Assembly (NCBI RefSeq): GCF_964355755.1
Contig: NC_092677.1
Location: 4,548,101-4,612,100 of the forward strand
Length of the DNA: 64,000 nucleotides
From: Antedon mediterranea
Lineage: Eukaryota > Animalia > Echinodermata
Direction of reading: 5' to 3'
Part shown: positions 1 through 12,220 of the stretch, piece by piece
Layout of the letters: each line of letters starts with the position of its first letter
Position numbering within the stretch: the first letter of the stretch is position 1
Program-made: the position numbers and the translations under genes
Notes under the pieces: model-generated
The model's database searches: none
What the model saw: only the letters and a program-made list of their open reading frames with translations
What the model was told of the DNA's origin: nothing

Positions 1-3000
1 GCATCAATTTTTCACGTATTCAAATTTCTTCTACACGCTAATACGTTGTTGCTGAGATAATTTCCTTTCGGAATTGCTACCTTCCCGTTTCATTTTAAAA
101 CCGTCAACATGTTAAAAATTGCAATAAATAGCGGGTCCCGTAAGTTCACATATTCTACACTGTATGTGATATGGATACAGATTATACTGTGTATACTATA
201 TATGAATTTAAATAATAAAATTCAGCAATAACAACAGATCATATTCTTCAGTTCAGGTCATAATGCCAACGTGAACACTTCCTTTTGTCCTCAACCTATC
301 CCCTTAATGTTAATGTTGCACCACTTGCGCGGCGGATAACCAAACTCGTCAAAGTGACGAGTTACATGTCTAGTTGGTTATCCGCAACGAAGTTGCAGGA
401 TAACCTCTTGTGATTGTACGAAATCATCATCTTTTTATTTTTTGGTTATCCGCAACGAAGTTGCAGGATAACCTCTTGTGATTGTACGAAATCATTCTGT
501 ATGATTTTTGTGTAACGCTTTTCTCTAAAACTCGCAAACATAACATTTCGGTAACTATCTTAACATATTGACATTTACGTAACGTCGTCAAGCGAAGCTT
601 CTAATGACGTTTACAATTGCGCAACGTGACTTACGCGTGATTTAACGATTTTGTCGTATTTAACATAGCTCGACAACCAAATAACATTTCAATTTAAAAC
701 TTTGCAAAAGTTTAATTTATATCATGCGCTAACTTTCTGTTGAAAAAAAATTCCATGTTTTACACAAAGTTACGCGCACACGCGCATTTAAAATTTCAAA
801 ATGCGCAAAATTAATTTCTAATCAACTTTCTACGCGTTTCATGTCGTTTTAAGCATGTCAAAAATTCCCACGCGTGCGCAAATTTTTACGTGTGCGGTGC
901 GCACGTAGCATTGAAAACGTATTTTTTTCGCGTGATTTATGTTTTTCCAGCCTTTTCTAGTAATTTTACCAAATTTTAAACAATTTCGACTTAAAGATAC
1001 GTCATACGAGCACGTCGAATTGGACAATTTGCGCGCGTTTTTTATGAAAAGGTTAAAAAATTCGTTTAAAATATGCCTTTTTTTAAACAGTCGTAATTTC
1101 TAAACTAGACGGTCAAATTTTTGTGGATGACATATTCTAGAAGTAGATGAGTTGTAGATATCGGATCAGGTATTAATATGACTAACCGGACATTGTGACG
1201 TCATCGTATGGCCACGCGAATATAAAATTTAGGATTTTTGTATCTTTCGTCATAGCTCATCACATTGAATAGAGCGCATCTCCACTTATACGTTTTCCAT
1301 TTTCACCCCGATTTTGATATTGTCTAGGTCAATCAACTATCTTTCGCATGAGTTAAAAATATTTTAATTTTTTTGACGTCATCATGCCTAAACATTTAAA
1401 TCACGTGTGGCATCAATTTCATCTTTACAGTAAATTTTAATCTGTTATAGCTCGTAAAAATAAAATGTGATAATCACGATTAAAACTTTTTCTGGAAGCT
1501 ATTGGATTGTAGATACGAAATTATGTAAAAATGTTGCCAATCGGATGTTGTGACGTCATCATATGGCCAGTTAAATAAAAAAGGTCGTATTTTCATCTTT
1601 TGCGTCATAATTCATTACATTTAAAAGAGCGCGCATCAATATTTCACGTATTCAAATTTCTCCTACACGCTAATACGTTGTTGCTGAGATAATTTCCTTT
1701 CGGAATTGCTACCTTCGCGTTTCATTTTAAAACCGTCAACATGTTAAAAATTGCAATAAATAGCGGGTCCCGTAATTTCACCTATTCTACACTGTATGTG
1801 ATATGGATACAGATTATACTGTGTATACTATATATGAATTTAAATAATAAAATTCAGCAATAACAACATATCATATTCTTCAGTTCAGGTCATAATGCCA
1901 ACGTGAACACTTCCTTTTGTCCTCAACCTATCCCCTTAATGTTAATGTTGCACCACTTGCGCGGCGGATAACCAAACTCGTCAAAGTGACGAGTTACATG
2001 TCTAGTCTTCTTTCTTTCTGTATGATTTTTGTGTAACGCTTTTCTCCAAAACTCGCAAACATAACATTTTGGTAACTATCTTAACATATTGACATTTACG
2101 TAACGTCGTCAAGCGAAGCTTTTCATGACGTTTACAATTGCGCAACGTGACTTACGCGCGATTTAACGATTTTGTCGTATTTAACATAGCTCGACAACCA
2201 AATAACATTTCAACTTGAAACTTTGCAAAAGTTTAATTTATATCATGCGCTAACTTTCTGTTGAAAAAAAATTGCGTGTTATACACAAAGTTACGCGTGC
2301 ACGCGCATTTAAAATTTCAAAATGCGCAAAATTAATTTATAATCAACTTTCTACGCGTTTCATGTCGTTTTAAGCATGTCAAAAATTCCCACGCGTGCGC
2401 ACATTTTTACGTGTGCGGTGCGCACGTAGAATTGAAAACGTAATTTTTTCGCGTGATTTATGTTTTTTCAGCCTTTTCTAGTAATTTTACCAAATTTAAA
2501 CAATTTTGACTTAAAGATACGTCATACGAGCACGTCGAATTGGCCAATTTGCGCGCGTTTTTTATGAAAAGGTTAAAAAATTCGTTTAAAATATGACTTT
2601 TTTTAAACAGTCGTAATTTCTAAACTAGACGGTCAAATTTTTGTGGATGACATTTTCTAGAAGTAGATGAGTTGTAGATATCGGATCAGGTATTAATATG
2701 GCTAACCGGACATTGTGACGTCATCGTATGGCCACGCGAATATAAAATTAGGGATTTTTGTATCTTTTGTCATAGCTCATCACATTGAATAGAGCGCATC
2801 TCCACTTATCCGTTTTCCATTTTTACCCCGATTTTGATATTGTCTAGGTCAATCAACTATCTTTCGCATGAGTTAAAAATATTTTTATTTTTTTGACGTC
2901 GTCATGCCTAAAAATTTAATTCACGTGTGGCATCAATTTCATCTTTACAGTAAATTTTAATCTGTTATAGCTCGTAAGAATAAAATGTGATAATCACGAT

Positions 3001-6000
3001 TAAAACTTTTTCTGGAAGCTATTGGATTGTAGATACGAAATTATGTAAAAATGTTGCCAATCGGATGTTGTGACGTCATCATATGGCCAGTTAAATAAAA
3101 AAGGTCGTATTTTCATCTTTTGCGTCATAATTCATTACATTTAAAAGAGCGCGCATCAATATTTCACGTATTCAAATTTCTTCTACACGTTAATACGTTG
3201 TTGCTGAGATAATTTTCTTTCGGAATTGCTACCTTCGCGTTTCATTTTAAAACCGTCAACATGTTAAAAATTGCAATAAATAGCGGGTCCCGTAATTTCA
3301 CCTATTCTACACTGTATGTGATATGGATACAGATTATACTGTGTATACTATATATGAATTTAAACAATAAAATTCAGCAATAACAACATATCATATTCTT
3401 CAGTTCAGGTCATAATGCCAACGTGAACACTTCCTTTTGTCCTCAACCTATCCCCTTAATGTTAATGTTGCACCACTTGCGCGGCGGATAACCAAACTCG
3501 TCAAAGTGACGAGTTACATGTCTAGTCTTTTTCTTAATCTTCTTTCTTTCTGTATGATTTTTGTGTAACGCTTTTCTCTAAAACTTGCAAACATAACATT
3601 TTGTTAACTATGTTAACATTTTGACATTTATGTAACGTCGTCAAGCGAAGCTTTTCATGATGTTTACAATCGCGCAACGTGACGTACGCGCGATTTAACG
3701 ATTTTCTCGTATTTAACATATGTCGAAAACCAAATAACATTTTAAAGTGAAACTTTGCAAAAGTTTAATTTATATCATGCGCTAACCTTCTGTTGAAAAA
3801 AAATTGCGTGTTTTACACAAAGTTACGCGCGCACGCGCATTTAAAATTTCAAAATGCGCAAAATTAATTTCTAATCAACTTTCTACGCGTTTCATGTCGG
3901 TTTAAGCATGTCAAAAATTCCCACGCATGCGCACATTTTTACGTGTGCGGAGCGCACGTAGCATTGAAAACGTATTTTTTTCGCGTGATTTATGTTTTTC
4001 CAGCCTTTTCTAGTAATTTTACCAAATTTTAAACAATTTTGACTTAAAGATACGTCATACGAGCACGTCGAATTGGACAATTTGCGCGCGTTTTTTATGA
4101 AAACGTTAAAAAATTCGTTTAAAATATGCCTTTTTTAAAACAGTCGTAATTTCTAAACTAAACGGTCAACTTTTTGTGGATGGCATTTTCTGGAAGTAGA
4201 TGAGTTGTAGATATTGGATCAGGTATTAATATGGCTAACCGGACATTGTGATGTCATCGTATGGCCACGCAAATATAAAATTTAGGATTTTGTATCTTTC
4301 GTCATAGCTCATCACATTGAATAGAGCGCATCTCCACTTATCCGTTTTCCATTTTCACCCCGATTTTGATATTGTCTAGGTCAATCAACTATCTTTCGCA
4401 TGAGTTAAAAATATTTTAATTTTTTTTACGTCATCGTGCTTAAAAATTTAAATCACGTGTGGCATTAATTTCATCTTTACAGTAAATTTTAATCTGTTAT
4501 AGCTCGTAAGAATAAAATGTGATAATCACGATTAAAACTTTTTCTGGAAGCTATTGGACTGTAGATACGAAATTATGTAAAAATGTTGCCAATCGGATGT
4601 TGTGACGTCATCATATGGCCAGTTAAATAAAAAAGGTCGTATTTTCATCTTTTGCGTCATAATTCATTACATTTAAACGAGCGCGCATCAATATTTCACG
4701 TATTCAAATTTCTTCTACATGCTAATACGTTGTTGCTGAGATAATTTCCTTTCGGAATTGCTACCTTCGCGTTTCATTTTAAAACCGTCAACATGTTAAA
4801 AATTGCAATAAATAGCGGGTCCCGTAATTTCACCTATTCTACACTGTATGTGATATGGATACAGATTATACTGTGTATACTACAGTATATATGAATTTAA
4901 ACAATAAATTTCAGCAATAACAACATATCATATTCTTCAGTTCAGGTCATAATGCCAACGTGAACACTTCCTTTTGTCCTCAACCTATCCCCTTAATGTT
5001 AATGTTGCACCACTTGCGCGGCGGATAACCAAACTCGTCAAAGTGACGAGTTACATGTCTAGTTATTCTTCTTCTTTCTTTCTGTATGATTTTTGTGTAA
5101 CGCTTTTCTCTAAAACTCGCAAACATAACATTTTGTTAACTATGTTAACATTTTGACATTTATGTAACGTCGTCAAGCGAAGCTTTTCATGATGTTTACA
5201 ATTGCGCAACGTGACGTACGCGCGATTTAACGATTTTATCGTATTTAACATATGTCGAAAACCAAATAACATTTTAAAGTGAAACTTTGCAAAAGTTTAA
5301 TTTATATCATGCGCTAAATTTCTGTTGAAAAAAAATTGCGTGTTTTACACAAAGTTACGCGCGCACGCACATTTAAAATTTCAAAATGCGCAAAATTTAT
5401 TTATAATCAACTTTCTACGCGTTTCATGTCGTTTTAAGCATGTCAAAAATTCCCACGCGTGCGCACATTTCTACGTGTGCGGTGCGCACGTAGCATTGAA
5501 AACGTATTTTTTTCGCGTGATTTATGTTTTTCCAGCCTTTTCTAGTAATTTTACCAAATTTTAAACAATTTCTACTTAAAGATACGTCATACGAGCACGT
5601 CGAATTGGACAATTTGCGCGCGTTTTTTATGAAAAGGTTAAAAAATTCGTTTAAAATATGCCTTTTTTTAAAAAGTCGTAATTTCTAAACTAGACGGTCA
5701 AATTTTTGTGGATGACATATTCTGGAAGTAGATGAGTTGTAGATATCGGATCAGGTATTAATATGGCTAACCGGACATTGTGACGTCATCGTATGGCCAC
5801 GCGAATATAAAATTTAGTATTTTTGTATCTTTCGTCATAGCTCATCACATTGAATAGAGCGCATCTCCACTTATCCGTTTTCCATTTTCACCCCGATTTT
5901 GATATTGTCTAGTTCAATCAACTATCTTTCGCATGAGTTAAAAATATTTTAATTTTTTTGACGTCATCATGCCTAAAAATTTAAATCACGTGTGGCATAA

Positions 6001-6590
6001 ATTTCATCTTTACAGTAAATTTTAATCTGTTATAGCTCGTAAGAATAAAATGTGATAATCACGATTAAAACTTTTTCTGGAAGCTATTGGATTGTAGATA
6101 TGAAATTATGTAAAAATGTTGCCAATCGGATGTTGTGACGTCATCATATGGCCAGTTAAATAAAAAAGGTCGTATTTTCATCTTTTTCGTCATAATTCAT
6201 TACATTTAAAAGAGCGCGCATCAATATTTAACGTATTCAAATTTCTTCTACACGCTAATACGTTGTTGCTGAGATAATTTGCTTTCGGAATTGCTAACTT
6301 CGCGTTTCATTTTAAAACCATCAACATGTTAAAATTGCAATAAATAGCGGGTCCCGTAATTTCACCTATTCTACACTGTATGTGATATGGATACAGATTA
6401 TACTGTGTATACTATATATGAATTTAAATAATAAAATTCAGCAATAACAACAGATCATATTCTTCAGTTCAGGTCATAATGCCAACGTGAACACTTCCTT
6501 TTGTCCTCAACCTATCCCCTTAATGTTAATGTTGCACCACTTGCGCGGCGGATAACCAAACTCGTCAAAGTGACGAGTTACATGTCTAGT
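1..6590 (+). mobile_element. Array of ~1.5-kb non-autonomous Helentron/DINE-like (rolling-circle) elements, subfamily A: partial body 1-374, 5' leaders at 375-440 and ~443-495, bodies ending at 2006, 3526, 5063 and 6590
   Basis: Near-identical ~1.5-kb units. Each ends with subterminal inverted repeat GCGGATAACC, then hairpin AACTCGTCA-AAG-TGACGAGTT, then ACATGTCTAGT. The leaders carry the complementary GGTTATCCGC within a hairpin (GGTTATCC-GCAAC-GAA-GTTGC-A-GGATAACC) followed by an ATC/TTC microsatellite. No TSD, T-rich junctions, no real coding capacity. Confidence 0.8.
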
Positions 6591-8103
6591 TATTCTTCTT
6601 TCTGTACACTTTTTGTTCGTCAAATATCTCAAAAAGTTGAATAGCAATGATCACAAAAAATTCACAATGTCTTTCAAATACTTTAACTTAGCCATAATAA
6701 GCTTTTCAGCGTGATCACTCATCCGTGACGTCACGTATACGCCATTTTGTGAAACCACATTATCAATCATATATCCATAATTCATTATCACATATTTATG
6801 AAATTCACTACACGTAAACTTCAGTTCAAGGGTAAAAATATTAGCAAGTAAAAACGCGCGCGCACGTAGGGTCATGCGTGTGGAATCGCGCAGTAAAAAT
6901 TTAAAAAGCTCAAAATTACGTTTTAATCAATTTAGAGCATGAATTAGGCCATTTGCGTGTTTCAAAAAATTACTGCGCAAAAAAAATATTTTGCGCGCGC
7001 GATACTTACAGAGCGTAAAAATTGCAATTTTTTTATACAAATCGCGTTCTACTCACCATCCTTAGTACATTCACCAAATTTGAGTAAGTTCCGACTTAAA
7101 ATAACGCTATACGAGCAGGTTAAAAATAACAAAATGCGCAAATTAATTGCATCAAAGTGCTGAAAATGGTGAAAAATAAGGCCTTTTTAAAATTAATATA
7201 ACTCTTCAGAATGGCAGGTGACCCCCAATTTTTTTAACTTATTCGGGAAGCCATTGGGTTGTAGATACATATTCATGTACACATTAGACGTACAAAATGG
7301 TATGACGTCATCAAATGGCCACTTCAATTTAAAAATTAGTAATTTTTATCTTTTTGTGTGGGTTATCACATTCAATAGAGGGCATCTCCGTTATTTGAGC
7401 CCGATTTTCGCCGAAATTTTAGTATGTGCTTGCTCAATTAATTATCTTTTTCAAGAGTTGTCAACATTTTTATTTTGATGACGTCATCATGTGTAAAAAC
7501 TTTAATAACCAAGGTCGTGTAATTTCAGCTACACCATACATTTGAATATGTTATAGCTCTTCAGAATTAAAGGTGACTTTGAAGATTATAATTTATTATG
7601 AAAGCTGAATAAATGTAGATATGAATTCATATAAAAATTAAGCCCATCGGATGTTGTGATGTTATCATATGGCCAGTTGAAGTTAAAACGTTGTTTTTAA
7701 ATTTCTTTAGTCAAAGTTATACAAATTTCAAAGAGCGCGCATTGCGCTTCTACGTGTCAAATTATCTTCCAATCCTTATATTTATTTGCTCAATTCATTA
7801 TCTTTCGAAATTGTCATCTTCGAGTTTATTTTGATAATTCCATCGTACCAAAAAATTTGAACATGATGTGGGTCCCGTAATTTCACCTATGCTACACTGT
7901 ATATAGATATACAGTATATACTGTACATATTGTATATGACACATGATAGGCACAACTCAGCACTATAGCGTATATCAGGATGGTATACATCAACATTTTC
8001 CTATTGTATGTTAACGTACGTGCATGTTTAAAAAATATTAATGTCAGTAAAGCGATAAAAATGATCACCTATAATTCGTCAAAGTGACGAATTAAATTCT
8101 AGT
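6591..8103 (+). mobile_element. Diverged subfamily-B body of the same Helentron/DINE-like family
   Basis: Starts with the TTC linker. Shares internal blocks with subfamily A (GGGTCCCGTAATTTCACCTAT, CGGATGTTGTGA..CATATGGCCAGTT). Ends in hairpin AATTCGTCA-AAG-TGACGAATT (8073-8093) and CTAGT (8099-8103). Confidence 0.75.
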
Positions 8104-8690
8104 TATATATTATTATTGTATCATCTGTTTATATTGTTTTGTGATCGAGGGCTACTTATCATACTCGCGTATTTTTTCAGTTACTAACATTATTGAATAC
8201 ACATAATTACTTATGTTTTATTATTATATTGTCGTCCTTCTATGTTTTAGTCTTCCCATTTCCCGATGTTAGTTGATTTGATTTAATTTGATTTTATTCA
8301 GGTTTCAACATAAAATTACAAGACAAAGATTAAAAATACAAATAGAAACATGCAAAGTATTGCACAGTACACAAGAAACCTAGGATAGCCCATAAAGTAT
8401 TGCACAGCACACAAGAAACCTAGGATAGCCCATAAAGTAAAAAAAAACCAACTTATTTCCAATAGGGTCCTATTATCATAAACTTGAGCGACAAAAACAA
8501 AAAACGGTAAAATTACAAAAACGAGTAGGCCTACACAATAAAAAAAAATGGCATAGAGAAATAGATAAAAATATGCTCATAAGCTCATATAACAGAAATA
8601 GTAGAAATTATAATCGCATTTTCAAATACCGGACTAGTTTTTTCTATCATCTTATAGTTAGGCCTATATTTTATTCCTTTTTGCTTGCAG

Positions 8691-11600
8691 GCATTGTCAG
8701 TTTGTCTCGAATACCTAATGCTGACGGTATGTGTGTTGTTCTGCAGTCGTTTAGGGCCGAATGAAATGGCCGCAATAACATTAGCACAAGCGGTAAGAAA
8801 TTATAGGCCTAACACAATTAATACAGTCTCAATATGTAAAAAAAAACCTTTACAATTAATAACAAAAATGTTAAGTTAGCTAAAATGGAATAAATACCTG
8901 TATTGTAATGAAGTATGAAACGTGTATTAATCAATTTTACATTATTAAAAACGGTTAATTATTCGTGTTTAACCAGCCTATTTTAAAATAATTGTTATTA
9001 TAATAATTGTATATATAAAATAATGATAATTATTCTGTGTATTCATTTTTAGTTTTTATGTTCATTTTGCATTGTTCCCGCAACCGGTTCAATGACAGTG
9101 TGTAACACATATTTTTCTGTTGTAAGTATAAATGAATTCATAAACAAATTTACTTTTATTACGCCTAGAAAATGTCTTTAAGACGAATTTTAATATGTTC
9201 TAAGTGTATTTGTACAGCATATATTTATGAGTTCAAGGGTTTATGTAAAAATCGCTTATATACATTGTAAGCCCCGCATATTTTAATTATCATTAAAAGC
9301 GGTGTGTATTTTTAATTTTGTAGGGTAGTTTAGTATCAGGAATAATAATGGCCCAATGATAAAATAACTATAACTACTAATAAACATCAGGCAAAGTGAG
9401 GAATGTAGATGTAGGGGCCTATGAACTAGGCTTTTCTATACTGTGCATGTTCCATGATGTAAAAGGTGTATTCAAATATTGTCAATAAGGACAGTAGGCA
9501 TAAAATAAGAACGTAGAATTTATATCAAATCTAAATAAAACGATCCCTATTATTTTAACTCTATAAATTGAATAAACGACCAATAAGGCAATTATTTATT
9601 TATTTATTAACGATTTGGCAAATAGCCTAAGAAAAAAAAATTAGCCATGGCCCAACACAGAAGTGGTTACCTCTTGAAATAATATTATAAAAAAAATAAT
9701 AAACTGGACATTAAATTAAAAAAATACACAGTACATCTTTCTTTCTTTTCTTTCTTTTATTTACCCACAAATATAAAGTATAAACATTTTAACATAAATA
9801 AAACACAATATATCAAGGGAAGGGCTAAAAATAGTTAAAATTAATCAAGTTCACCCCCTAATCATTGAAATATAAATAGGTATATCAATAAATTAGGTCT
9901 ACCTTACTAAAAAAAAATTAACACAATTTCTCTCAAATATATAAATCTCATTTAGAAAATATCTTAAACAAAAAAATATTTTTTTTTTTCATTTTTTTTA
10001 AATATTAGTTTTACTTGTTATAAAATGTATTGTAGTGAACTAAAACAATGTGGCTTAATCCTTGTCTTATTCTTATGTAAATTTGCGACGACCCCTGACC
10101 TGACGTTATATCAAGTTAGATTTGCGCATGTGGGAAAGTTGTGACGTGCTACCATACCCTATTCCTTGGTATGGTATATATTCATTTGACTGACGACATG
10201 GGAGCCGGGGCTCAAGCCCTACGCATAATTTTTGTGTCGTCTAAAAATCGAAAGTTCCCTGACAATACAATTATTTACAGGGTCACGGAGCAAACCTCGG
10301 ACGATCACAAGGAATTTTCCTTCAAAAGATGGTGTATCTATCAATAATTGCGTCACTCCTCTGTAGTGCTGTACTCATAAACATTGAAGATATTTTGATC
10401 TTAGCAGTTGACGACCCAAATATAATTGGGTAAGTAGATAAATAGATAGGGTTTTCTTTAACAAAGTATTCATAATTATTGGTGTTTTTCTAAACGTTGT
10501 TATGTTTTAATGGGATTAACAATTCAAAGTTCTCTTTGGACTTTTTATCAATTAACATTGTTTAGGGCCTAGTTTGACGCATTTTTATATCTATTTTCTC
10601 TTAGGTTGGTGGGTATTTTTGTACGGACATTCACTCCAGCAACTCTTGTAAGTAACTTATATTTTGCTACTCGGAAACTTAATTACCAAACTCATCACAA
10701 AACAGTTTATGGCTCAAATTGTTTAATTAGCAAATGAACATTCACTGGAAACTTTATGCATATGTTCATTACATCACAGGGGTGAATGTTCATGGTGCCC
10801 TTTCACAAATTGTGAGACGAACCCATGCAGTTGCAGGCTGTTGGCTCTTCAGGTGCGGTAAATGACGGCCATTTGACTATTAATTAAAATTTATAGAAAT
10901 TCAAGTTTAATATTATTTTGTTGGTGATTTTAATTGTAGGCTGTGTATATCACATTCGGTCTTGGTCGAATATTACAATGCAGAGACAAGATTAGCGTTA
11001 CATCAATATCAGCCATCGTCAGTATATGTTTTAATATACTACTTAATTACATTCTAGTGTATGTGTTTGACATGGGATTCAGGTAAACAAATATGTATAA
11101 ATTAAATATATTATAATAATTTATAATGTTTTTGACTAATTATTTTTTGAGTGTAACTGACTTATTGCAAATCATCTAGAAATGAGTCTATAGCTGTATT
11201 AACATTATAGCTTGTCTGTATGAACCTGTTGACAGAGATATAGCGTATGAAAAGTATTTAATATGGCTAGACTCGTTTCTAGATGACATTCGATTATCAG
11301 TTAGACTCTATCTAGTGAGACTGTAGTCATTACTGTGATATTTTTTTCTACATTTGATTTATCTTTATAGAGGTTCGGCCATTGCTATGTTGATTTCACA
11401 ATACCTTAATTGTTTCATATTAATAATATACGTATACAAGTACGAAGATCTTGAATGTAAGTTTTATTTCGAGCTTCAAATCATAGATATATCACTAATA
11501 TAATTGGGGAAACACCACATTTACTTAAGCGTGGTTCCCACTAGCAACGCAACGCAAGTGAATTGACCAATCACAAGCGATGGCTTATTCGCTTGTGATT

Positions 11601-12187
11601 GCTAACTGTCTATAACTTCGCTTGTCATTGGTTAAAACGCTTGCGTTGCGTTTACCTCCTTGCGTTACGTTCTAGTGGGAACCAAGCTTTAGAACCAATA
11701 AAATACACGATATTCCCACTTTTGTGAAACGAATGATCGGGACAATGTTTAAACACTACATCCAATCGACATCTAGAGGACACTCATATCAAGGGGACAC
11801 TTAGTTGAGTCCCAATAATAATAATAATATATTTTAGATTCCTGATTTTGGATTTTGTTTTAATTTTGTAGATGCATTTCGTTTTATATTCTCTTAATAG
11901 TTTTTTCTCTCAAATCTTTGGAGAACTGGGGTGAATTTTTCTCAATTGCTGTACACGGATGTCTTACTCTCGAAATAATGCAGATGTCCATTATGATATG
12001 TTATATACTATCAGGTATTGACATTTTAAACAATTTCAAAACAATTGATATATAGATTATTCGTCAATAAAACAAATCAAAGGTTAAAAAACGTGCTTGT
12101 ATCCTTATACGATAATTAATAATTAACCATAGCTCTTTTTTTATGATGCCATGCAGCAGTAGTGATTAGATGTTTTTCTTTTAGTAA

Positions 12188-12220
<33 letters not shown>

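Noticed and set aside
839-5612. Recurrent 60-79 aa ORFs (MSNSTCSYDV..., MLFGFRHML...), also at 40823-41402
   Set aside because: They recur only because the repeat unit recurs, several use non-ATG starts, they are broken in some copies, and they show no recognisable domain.
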